From Candidatus Omnitrophota bacterium (GTDB taxonomy: Bacteria; Omnitrophota; Gorgyraeia; Aquiviventales; Aquiviventaceae), in contig JACQHS010000110.1 of assembly GCA_016198915.1 (NCBI GenBank), positions 1 to 40,971 of the forward strand: a DNA stretch of 40,971 bases. The letters run 5' to 3'. Below, piece after piece: positions 8,053 through 15,871 of this stretch. The translations under genes and the position numbers were made by a program. The notes under the pieces were generated by a model. That model was not told the origin of the DNA. It was given only the letters and a program-made list of their open reading frames with translations, and ran no database searches. Positions within the stretch are counted from its first letter, which is position 1; each line of letters starts with the position of its first letter.

Positions 8053-9518
8053 TGCGCGCGCTGACGCTGCCCTGGACAGGCTCACGGATCCTTGGGATCT
8101 TGGCACTCGGCCTCGTCGCCACGGCCATGGCCGGCAGCGTGCTCTGGGCCACGCGTGCGCTGGAGGGCAAGTGGATCATCGCGATGGTCGCGGGCCTGAG
8201 TGTGTTCTGGCTCGCCGTGGCCTCGGGGCGCTTTGAGCGATTCCTCCTGGTGCTCATGCTGTTCATCATTCCATTCAACCCGGACGTCTATTGGCACCCA
8301 ATTGAGGCCGCTCGAGGGACCCCGATGCTGGGGATCTCAGCGATGGATTTGGTCCTCTGCTGTCTGTACGCGGCATGGATCACGCGCCTGCTGGCAACTC
8401 GGGGCTCGCTGGAGCGCCTCTGGCCGGCCGGTGCCGGCGTCCTGCTCGGCCTCATCGGATGGGGGGCCTTGTCCATGATCAACGCCGAAGAGCCGCTCTT
8501 GAGCGTGTTCTTGCTGGTGGGACTCGTGAAGGCCTTTTTGCTGTTCTTCTATCTGGCGAACCACGTCAAGACCCGCGAGGACCTGTGGCTTGCGGTGTGC
8601 TGTCTGATCGCGGGGCTCGTCGCGGAGAGCCTCCTGGCCTTCGCGCAGTCTGCGGCCGGCAGCAACCTTGGCTTGGCGGCCCTCGGCGAAAAGACGGAGA
8701 TGAAAGAAATTGCCATGGAGGGGAGCAAATTCTTTCGAGTCGGCGGCACCCTCGGCCACCCAAATTTCCTGGGCGGGTACCTGGCCACGGTCCTGCCGCT
8801 CGCGCTCGCGCTGGCGCTGGTTGGCGGGCGCAAGGCGGTCCGGCTTGCGGCAGCTGGGGCGTTTGTCCTTGGTGGCATGGCCCTGGTGCTCACGTTGTCA
8901 CGCTCCGCCTGGCTGAGCGCGGGTGTGGCCTGCGTGGCGTTGCTGGGGTGGGTGGCGGCCAGGCGCGGGAGGCGCATTGGGCCGGGTCCTGCGCTCATCG
9001 TGATTCTGGCGATGGGACTCGTTGGGTCGTCCTTCGCTCCGCTGATCATGGCGCGGTGGACCGGGGATGACCGCGGGGCGGCCGCCTCGCGCCTGCCGAA
9101 GATCCATGCGGCGTCGGCGATCATCGCCGACCACCCGATCCTGGGGGTCGGTCTGAACAACTACACGACGGTGAAGCACCTGTATGACACGCGTCCGGTC
9201 GGCGGGACCCGCAAAGGCGTGTCGTCGATCGGCGGGGAGCTGCCACACAATCTCTTCCTGCTCCTGGGCGCCGAAATGGGCCTCATGAGCCTGGTGTTGC
9301 TCACCTGGTTCTTATGGATCGTCGCCCGTCGGGCCTGGCAGGCGATCACCGCGGCCGACGACGACCTAGTGCGTGCGATCCTCCTGGGCATCACGGTGGC
9401 ACTCTTCGCCCGCCTCCTCGTGCACGATACGGTCCATACCGGACATTTGAGCACGAATGACTTCTTCTGGGTCTATTCGGCCCTGTTGGTCGCCAGGAGG
9501 AAGCCGTCCAATGCCTAG
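8052..9518 (+). CDS. Second O-antigen-ligase/Wzy-like polymerase family membrane protein
   Basis: 'GTLGHPNFLGGYLATVLPLAL', 'LTLSRSAWLS', 'GVGLNNY' and 'PHNLFLLLGAEMGLMSLVLL'. ATG 8052 overlaps the upstream TGA. GTG 8049 is an alternative start. Confidence 0.8.
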   Translation: MRALTLPWTGSRILGILALGLVATAMAGSVLWATRALEGKWIIAMVAGLSVFWLAVASGRFERFLLVLMLFIIPFNPDVYWHPIEAARGTPMLGISAMDLVLCCLYAAWITRLLATRGSLERLWPAGAGVLLGLIGWGALSMINAEEPLLSVFLLVGLVKAFLLFFYLANHVKTREDLWLAVCCLIAGLVAESLLAFAQSAAGSNLGLAALGEKTEMKEIAMEGSKFFRVGGTLGHPNFLGGYLATVLPLALALALVGGRKAVRLAAAGAFVLGGMALVLTLSRSAWLSAGVACVALLGWVAARRGRRIGPGPALIVILAMGLVGSSFAPLIMARWTGDDRGAAASRLPKIHAASAIIADHPILGVGLNNYTTVKHLYDTRPVGGTRKGVSSIGGELPHNLFLLLGAEMGLMSLVLLTWFLWIVARRAWQAITAADDDLVRAILLGITVALFARLLVHDTVHTGHLSTNDFFWVYSALLVARRKPSNA

Positions 9519-10959
9519 GCGAATGGGACGGCTAGTCAAGCAATCGGGCATCCTGATGGGGATGGAGCTCGGGATCCGGCTTATCGATGCGCTGGTCGCC
9601 GTCATCCTGGCGCGGTACCTGGCTCCGCAGGGCTTCGGACTGATGGCCTTCGCCTTGTCCTTTGCGTCGCTCTTCAGCATGATCCCGGGTTTCGGCATGG
9701 GCTCCCTGAGTATCAGGGATCTGGCGCGGAACCCGGAACAGGTCAGCCACTACCTGGCGAATGGCTTGGTGGCCAAGGCCTTCCTCGCGGCGTTCACCTT
9801 CGCGCTCATTTTTATCTTGACCCAATTCATGGGATTCGCGGCGAGCAAGACGCTGATCGTGATGCTGGCGGCGCTGTTGATGGTGGTGGAGACGAACGTG
9901 GTGTTCCCGTTGGGTTTCTTCCAGGCCGCCCAGCGGATGTGGACGGTGGCGCTGGTGCAGCTGGCCATCCGGGTGGGATGGCTGATCGCGGCCCTGGCCG
10001 TCATTGGGATGCGGGGCGGCCTGGTGGAGTTGCTCGGCTCCCGCGCCGCGGTCACGGCCGTGGGACTCATCACGGCGCTGGTGCTCATTGACCGTCGGCT
10101 GCAGCGAATTCGCTGGAGCGTGAACCTCCGGTTTATCCCGTGGATGCTGAAATCTTCATTTCCGTTTGTGCTGTTCCGGGTGTTCTCGGCGTACCATCTG
10201 GAGCTCGGCGTGGTGATGCTCTCGATGATCCGCGGTGATGTGGTGACCGGATGGCTGGTTGCGGCCCAGAAAATTATTCGGGTCTTCCAATTTGTTCCAA
10301 GGAGTCTCTACGAGGTGATGGTCCCGGAGCTGTCGCGCCCATCGCGCACGTTGCGGACCGATATCCTCGCAACCCTGACGCGCAGCTGGAAGTATCTGCT
10401 GTTGATCGCGCTGCCGATTGCCGGAGGAACCTACATCCTGGCCGATCGGTTTATTCTGTTGCTCTACGGGCAGGCCTATGCACCGGCCGCGCCAGCGCTG
10501 CGTATTCTGATCTGGCTGATTCCGTTCGGGTTTGTGAACAGTACCCTGAGGGCGGCGGTCGTCTCGGTGGATCTCGAGCGCCAAACCGCCGTGGCGCTCA
10601 TGGGGGTGTTGGCCCTCAACGCCCTGCTCAATCTGGTGGCGATCCCACACTTTGGCTTGGTCGGCGCCGCGGGCACTTTGCTGTTGACCACCATCCTGAC
10701 CTTCCTCCTGCAGCTCTTGCTCCTGCGACGGGCCCTGCCGACACTCGGATTCTCGAACGGGACGATCAAACCGGTTCTGGCCACCGTGGGCATGATGGCC
10801 TTCACGTGGCTGAGCCGTGACAGTGGACTGGTGTACGCGATTCTTGGCTCGGTGGCGGTATATGTCGGGTGTCTGGTCCTGTTGCGAGTCATCGGGCGTG
10901 ATGAGTGGAGCCTCCTGAACGGGATAGTGCGGCCAAAAGCCATTGATGAGCGAGCCTGA
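9511..10959 (+). CDS. MOP-superfamily polysaccharide flippase (Wzx-like)
   Basis: About 12-14 TM segments. N-terminal 'LIDALVAVILARYLAPQGFGLMAFALSF' is typical of the Polysacc_synt family. ATG 9511 lies 10 nt after AGGAGG (9495-9500) and overlaps the upstream gene by 8 nt. Confidence 0.8.
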   Translation: MPRRMGRLVKQSGILMGMELGIRLIDALVAVILARYLAPQGFGLMAFALSFASLFSMIPGFGMGSLSIRDLARNPEQVSHYLANGLVAKAFLAAFTFALIFILTQFMGFAASKTLIVMLAALLMVVETNVVFPLGFFQAAQRMWTVALVQLAIRVGWLIAALAVIGMRGGLVELLGSRAAVTAVGLITALVLIDRRLQRIRWSVNLRFIPWMLKSSFPFVLFRVFSAYHLELGVVMLSMIRGDVVTGWLVAAQKIIRVFQFVPRSLYEVMVPELSRPSRTLRTDILATLTRSWKYLLLIALPIAGGTYILADRFILLLYGQAYAPAAPALRILIWLIPFGFVNSTLRAAVVSVDLERQTAVALMGVLALNALLNLVAIPHFGLVGAAGTLLLTTILTFLLQLLLLRRALPTLGFSNGTIKPVLATVGMMAFTWLSRDSGLVYAILGSVAVYVGCLVLLRVIGRDEWSLLNGIVRPKAIDERA

Positions 10960-11755
10960 GATGTCCACGCACAGCACGGGGATCACCGTCCACTGTCGCA
11001 TCAAGAACGAGGAGCGGTTCATCAGGGCTGCGATTCGCTCGGTGCTGCCGCTGGCCGAGCGGGTGCTGGTCTACGATACCGGCTCGACGGATGCTACCCT
11101 GCACGAGGTCGCCTCGATCAACAGCGAGAAGATCGAGATTGTCCAAAAGAAGTTTTCCACTCCTCAGGAACTGTGCGAGTTTCGAAATGAAATGATCGAG
11201 CGGACCACGACCGAGTGGTACATGGTAGTTGACGGCGATGAAATCTATCCCACCCATGCAGTCCGGCGGATTGCGGAGGAGATGGAGCTGGTTCTGCCAA
11301 CGGTCCATCGGATCGCGGTGAACCGGCGGCACTTCGCGGAGTCGTTCAACTTTCTCTCGCCGACCCATCCGGTGGGACGCATCTTTCGTACAAGCCAGAT
11401 TCGGTGGCGGGGTGCGTCTGGAGGGACGGAGACGCCCTACCTGCGTCACGATCCGTCTGTTTCGTGGAATCAATTTTCGATGCGGCTTCCAAGGGATGTC
11501 TTTTTCTTCCATTGTCACAACTTTGTCCGGTCCTCGCGGGATGCCGAGTTAGGAGAGTTGAGGAGATGGAGAAGGCCGCCCTTTCCGGCCCTCCCATACT
11601 TCGGCCCCTGGCCAGAGACGTTCGAACTGGACGGGGTGACTCACTGGATGACGCCCGAGCTCTTTTGGACTTGGATCGGACTGAATACCAGAATTCTCTG
11701 GACAGGGGGCTTGACGTTGGCGAGAAAATTGACGCGGCAAGTCATCGGGACGTAG
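10946..11755 (+). CDS. Glycosyltransferase family 2-like protein
   Basis: 'ITVHCRIKNEERFIRAAIRSVLPLAERVLVYDTGSTDAT' and 'WYMVVDGDEIYP' (DXD). Start uncertain: TTG 10943, ATG 10946 or ATG 10961. Confidence 0.7.
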   Translation: MSEPEMSTHSTGITVHCRIKNEERFIRAAIRSVLPLAERVLVYDTGSTDATLHEVASINSEKIEIVQKKFSTPQELCEFRNEMIERTTTEWYMVVDGDEIYPTHAVRRIAEEMELVLPTVHRIAVNRRHFAESFNFLSPTHPVGRIFRTSQIRWRGASGGTETPYLRHDPSVSWNQFSMRLPRDVFFFHCHNFVRSSRDAELGELRRWRRPPFPALPYFGPWPETFELDGVTHWMTPELFWTWIGLNTRILWTGGLTLARKLTRQVIGT

Positions 11756-11760
11756 CGGGC

Positions 11761-12888
11761 ATGAGACCAGTCACCGTGATGTTTCTTGAGACGAGCCTGC
11801 GGATCGGCGGGACCGAGATGATGGTGACCCAACTTGTTGAGCGGATGGATCCGCGACGCTTTCGGCCGGTCCTGTGCTGTTTCTACGATCCGGGCATCCT
11901 GGGGGAACGGCTGATGCGGGCTGGGATTCCGGTGCACCACAACCTGGCGGCGCACCGCTGGGATCTGCGGCTGCCTGTTCGGTTGCTGCGGCTGCTCCGA
12001 CAGGAACGGGTCGATGTGCTCTACATCATCAACCAGCCGCTCACCCAGTTCTGGGGCGCGTGGTGCGGGCTCCTGGCCCGGGTACCGGTTCGGCTGAGCG
12101 CGATCCGCTCGACCGGCAAGATCCACCGGATCCACCGGCGCATGTGGATCAACCGGCTGACGTTTCAGGCCATGACCCGCATTACGGCCTTGAGCGAGAC
12201 GCACAAGGCCTACCTGGTCGAGCGGGAGGGCATTCTGGAGGAACAGATCGAGATTATCCCAAACGGCGTGGATCTGGGGCGTTTCACGTCAGACGGAGAC
12301 GGCCGGGAGGTTCGGGCCTCGTTGGGCCTCAGGGACTCGGAGCCCGTCGTGGGCATCGTGGCGATGCTGCGGCCGGAGAAGGCGCACGAGATCTTCCTGC
12401 GGGCGGCGGCTCGTGTGCTGCGAGAGGTCCCCACGACGCACTTCGTGGTCGTGGGGGATGGACCCGAGCGGCCGCGGTTAGAGCAGCTGACGGACACCCT
12501 GGGCATCCGCGACCATGTGCATTTTCTGGGAGCGCGAGAAGATGCGGCGGCGCTCGTCATGCTGCTGGATGTGGCCACGCTCTGCTCGCACGCGGTGGTG
12601 GAGACGCTCTCCAACGCGGTCCTGGAATACATGGCCGCCGGAAGACCTGTCGTCGCCACGCGGGTCGGGAGTCTGCCGGAGCTCATCGAGGAGGGCAGGA
12701 CCGGGTTCCTGGTCGCGCCGGGCGACTGGGAGGGTCTTGCGGAGCGGGTCGTGCGGCTCCTCCAGGATCGTGGGTTGGCTGCGCGGATGGGCCGTGCCGG
12801 GAAGGAGAAGGTGCAGGAGTACTACACCCTCGAGCGCATGGTCCAGGACCACGAAGCCTTGTTCGATCGCCTGCTGAACCATCGATGA
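11761..12888 (+). CDS. Glycosyltransferase family 4 (GT-B fold)
   Basis: 'PNGVDLGRF', 'VGIVAMLRPEKAH', 'FVVVGDGPER' and the EX7E-type 'ETLSNAVLEYMAAGRPVVATRVGSLPELIEEGRTGFLV'. ATG 11761 lies 5 nt after the upstream stop. The track's longer ORF (from 11404) overlaps the previous gene. Confidence 0.85.
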   Translation: MRPVTVMFLETSLRIGGTEMMVTQLVERMDPRRFRPVLCCFYDPGILGERLMRAGIPVHHNLAAHRWDLRLPVRLLRLLRQERVDVLYIINQPLTQFWGAWCGLLARVPVRLSAIRSTGKIHRIHRRMWINRLTFQAMTRITALSETHKAYLVEREGILEEQIEIIPNGVDLGRFTSDGDGREVRASLGLRDSEPVVGIVAMLRPEKAHEIFLRAAARVLREVPTTHFVVVGDGPERPRLEQLTDTLGIRDHVHFLGAREDAAALVMLLDVATLCSHAVVETLSNAVLEYMAAGRPVVATRVGSLPELIEEGRTGFLVAPGDWEGLAERVVRLLQDRGLAARMGRAGKEKVQEYYTLERMVQDHEALFDRLLNHR

Positions 12889-13850
12889 ACAAGCTCCTGC
12901 TGATCAAAACCGGGGCCTTGGGGGACGTCGTCCGCACGACGCCTTTGCTGCACGTGCTTGACGCGGAGGTGACGTGGGTGACGGCGAGCAATGCGTTTCC
13001 ACTCCTGCGTCACAACCCACGCATCGCGCGCGTCGTGGACATCGAGCGCGCCGACGTGGTGTCCGGCCGGGAATACGATCTGGTCGTCAGCCTTGATGAA
13101 GATCCCCGGGCGGCTGATCTGGCCACGCGGGTGATGAAGCAAGCCCTCGTTGGAGTCTATCGAGCTGGGTTCGGCACCACCTACACCGACTCGGCGAGAG
13201 AATGGTTCGATATGAGTCTCATCTCTCAACTGGGGAAGGCGAAGGCCGATGAGTTGAAGTTCCAGAACCAGAAAACGTATCAGGAGTTCATCTTCTCGAT
13301 GATTGGAAAGGCGTTCTGTGGGGAGGAGTATCTCCTGCCTGTGCCTGTGACCACGAGGCCGGTGCCGCAGCTCGTGGGTCTTGAGGCGCGCGCGGGGGAT
13401 CGCTGGCCGATGAAGCGCTGGAACGGCTATGAGGCGTTGGCCGCGCAGCTGGAAGTTGAGGGCTACCGGGTGAAATACCTCGAGCAGCGCGAGCGGCTTG
13501 AGGACTATATCGATGACATCAACGAATGTGACTACCTGGTCTGCGGTGACACTCTGGCCATGCATGTCGGCCTGGCGTTACGGAAGAAGGTGGTGGCGCT
13601 CTTCACCTGCACGAGCCCCCAGGAGATTTATGGTTACGGACGGATGACGAAGGTTGTGAGCCCGATGTTGCGGGAGGACTTCTACAGCCGAAAGCCGGAT
13701 CACGGCGCGGTGAACGGGATCTCGGTGGAACAGGTGCAGCGCATCATCTGCGCCTGGGAGGACGAAGGCGTCGCGGCCGTGCGACGCGCGAGGGACGCGG
13801 ACCAGCGCGACCGGCGCAGGCCTGTCGTCGTTGAGCAGCGAGAGACCTGA
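12885..13850 (+). CDS. Glycosyltransferase family 9 (heptosyltransferase-like)
   Basis: 'MNKLLLIKTGALGDVVRTTPLLHVL...LLRHNPRIARVVDIE' and 'YLVCGDTLAMHVGLALRKKVVALF'. ATGA overlap with the upstream gene. Confidence 0.75.
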   Translation: MNKLLLIKTGALGDVVRTTPLLHVLDAEVTWVTASNAFPLLRHNPRIARVVDIERADVVSGREYDLVVSLDEDPRAADLATRVMKQALVGVYRAGFGTTYTDSAREWFDMSLISQLGKAKADELKFQNQKTYQEFIFSMIGKAFCGEEYLLPVPVTTRPVPQLVGLEARAGDRWPMKRWNGYEALAAQLEVEGYRVKYLEQRERLEDYIDDINECDYLVCGDTLAMHVGLALRKKVVALFTCTSPQEIYGYGRMTKVVSPMLREDFYSRKPDHGAVNGISVEQVQRIICAWEDEGVAAVRRARDADQRDRRRPVVVEQRET

Positions 13851-13853
13851 TCG

Positions 13854-15053
13854 ATGCGCGTGTGTATTCTCTATCAGCATGATCCCACGGCGCACTACTC
13901 CGGGGGGATTGGGACGTTCATCAACACCTTCATCAAGTACGCCCCGGCGGACTTCGACATCAGCCTGGTGGGCGTCGCGGTGGATCCACGAGCCCACCCG
14001 GTGGGGGCATGGCATCGCGTGCGGGTCGCCGGACGCCCCGTCGAGTTCCTGCCGATCGTGGCGGCGCACCCCGCCCTGCGTGATCGGGTACCCTTGAGCC
14101 TGCGATACACGTGGGCCCTCAAGCGGTATTGGAAGACCATCAATGTGCGGGACGCCGTGATCGAGCTGCACCGCATCGAGCCGGGCCTCGCGCTCAAGGG
14201 CCTGACGAACCCCAAAATCCTGTTCCTGCATGTGCACCCGGAGGATCTGTGCAACCCCATGACCGAGGTGGCCTGGGGCCGGTGGTTTCCCTGGTTGTAT
14301 TTCTGGCTCGAGCGTCAACTGATCAAGGACATGGCGCGCGTCTTCCTCGTCCGGCAGGATGCGGTGGGCTGGTACCGGAACCGGTATCCAAACCTGGCGG
14401 AGCGGTTTTCGTTCTTGCCCACGTGGATGGACGAAGAGGTGTTCGTATCGCTGCCGGAGGGCGAGCGCCGTTGGCAGAAACAGGAGCTGGCCCGGGCCCA
14501 CGGGTTGGATCCGAATGACCGCCTGCTGTTGTTCGTGGGACGCTTCGAAGGGCAGAAGGACCCGCTGCGCCTGCTGCAGGCGTTCCGTCAGGTCAATGGG
14601 CGTGAGAACCACACGCGGCTGGTCATGATCGGTGAGGGGGCTTTGGAGGGGGAGATCCGTGGGTATCTGGCGGCTCATAGGTTGACAGGTCGAGTGAGCA
14701 TCGTCCGGCCGCAGCCCCAGTCCGAGATTGCGAAGTGGATGAACGCGGCCGACTGTCTGTGCTTGAGCTCGGCGTTCGAGGGGATGCCCCGCGTGGTGAT
14801 TGAGGCGCTGCGCTGCGGTCTTCCCGTCGTCTCGACGGCCGTGGGTGAGGTGCCGCGTGTCCTCACGACTGATCAGGCGGGACGGCTGGTCCGCGAGCGG
14901 ACCCCTGAAGCCTTGGGAGCGGCGATCGGTGAGGTCCTCAGGCAGCCGCCGGATCGGGAAGCCTGCCAGGAGCAGGGGGCCCCGTTCACGGCCAAGAAGA
15001 TTCTGGGACAGGTCTATGCCTCATATCGGACGCTGGGTCAGCAGGCCGGATGA
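13854..15053 (+). CDS. Glycosyltransferase family 4
   Basis: 'LLFVGRFEGQKDPLRLLQAF', 'LVMIGEGALEGEI' and 'LSSAFEGMPRVVIEALRCGLPVVSTAVGEVPRVL'. Confidence 0.85.
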   Translation: MRVCILYQHDPTAHYSGGIGTFINTFIKYAPADFDISLVGVAVDPRAHPVGAWHRVRVAGRPVEFLPIVAAHPALRDRVPLSLRYTWALKRYWKTINVRDAVIELHRIEPGLALKGLTNPKILFLHVHPEDLCNPMTEVAWGRWFPWLYFWLERQLIKDMARVFLVRQDAVGWYRNRYPNLAERFSFLPTWMDEEVFVSLPEGERRWQKQELARAHGLDPNDRLLLFVGRFEGQKDPLRLLQAFRQVNGRENHTRLVMIGEGALEGEIRGYLAAHRLTGRVSIVRPQPQSEIAKWMNAADCLCLSSAFEGMPRVVIEALRCGLPVVSTAVGEVPRVLTTDQAGRLVRERTPEALGAAIGEVLRQPPDREACQEQGAPFTAKKILGQVYASYRTLGQQAG

Positions 15054-15871
15054 CGATGCGCAGCGTTGAGCTGTTCGGCATGCCGTTTGAGAACGTCACC
15101 ATGCCGCAGGCCCTCGAGCGCATCGACGGATTGGTGCGGCAACCAGGGCGCCGCTACGTCATGACCCCAAATATCGATGCGGTCGTGCGGTGGCCGAAGG
15201 ATCCTGAGTTCCGCGACGCCTACCAGCGGGCGGCGCTCATCTTTGCCGACGGCATGCCTATCGTCCTGGCGAGTCGGCTGCTGGGCTCTCCCCTGAAGGA
15301 GCGGATTGCCGGCTCTGATCTGTTTCCAAGGCTCTGTCGGCAGGCCGCCGAGCGGGGCCACAGCGTGTTCTTCCTCGGAGGCCAAGATGGGGTGGCCGAA
15401 CAGGCCGCCCGGAACCTGCGGGGACGCTTTCCGTCCCTTCGGGTGGTGGGCTGCTATGCGCCGCCGATCGGATTTCAGTTCGATGCGGCTGAACACGAGC
15501 GGATGGTGCAGCGTGTCAATTCGGCGCGTCCCGATCTGTTGTTCCTTGCGCTGGGCTGCCCAAAGCAGGAGAAGTGGATTGCCAAGCACATCCACGAACT
15601 TGAGGTAAAGGTGGCGGTCTGTGTGGGCGCGGCGATTGACTTTGAGGCCGGCACCGTCAGGCGAGCGCCCCGCTGGATGCAGCGCAGCGGGCTGGAGTGG
15701 CTCTGGAGGCTTGTCCGTGAGCCTCGGCGCTTGTGGCGGCGGTACCTGATCGAGGACACGGCGTTTGTCGGCCTATTTCTCAGCGAGTGGTGGCGTGTGT
15801 GCGTCAGGCGAGCGGAAGCCGGCGGGCCCGTTGCGTCGTCAGGGCCACTGCGCAGCGGTGAATCATCATGA
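15050..15871 (+). CDS. WecB/TagA/CpsF-family glycosyltransferase (GT26)
   Basis: 'FADGMPIVLASRLLG', 'VFFLGGQDGVAEQAA', 'LFLALGCPKQEKWI' and 'GLEWLWRLVREPRRLWRRYL'. ATGA overlap at both ends. Confidence 0.85.
   Translation: MTMRSVELFGMPFENVTMPQALERIDGLVRQPGRRYVMTPNIDAVVRWPKDPEFRDAYQRAALIFADGMPIVLASRLLGSPLKERIAGSDLFPRLCRQAAERGHSVFFLGGQDGVAEQAARNLRGRFPSLRVVGCYAPPIGFQFDAAEHERMVQRVNSARPDLLFLALGCPKQEKWIAKHIHELEVKVAVCVGAAIDFEAGTVRRAPRWMQRSGLEWLWRLVREPRRLWRRYLIEDTAFVGLFLSEWWRVCVRRAEAGGPVASSGPLRSGESS

Noticed and set aside
1-9518. Labelling the locus a PEP-CTERM/exosortase EPS system (beta-barrel, OPX, PCP-kinase, ligase-like+TPR and an asnB relic all resemble that gene set).
   Set aside because: No exosortase (EpsH-like) gene or PEP-CTERM protein is present in the window, so the label cannot be supported from this sequence alone.
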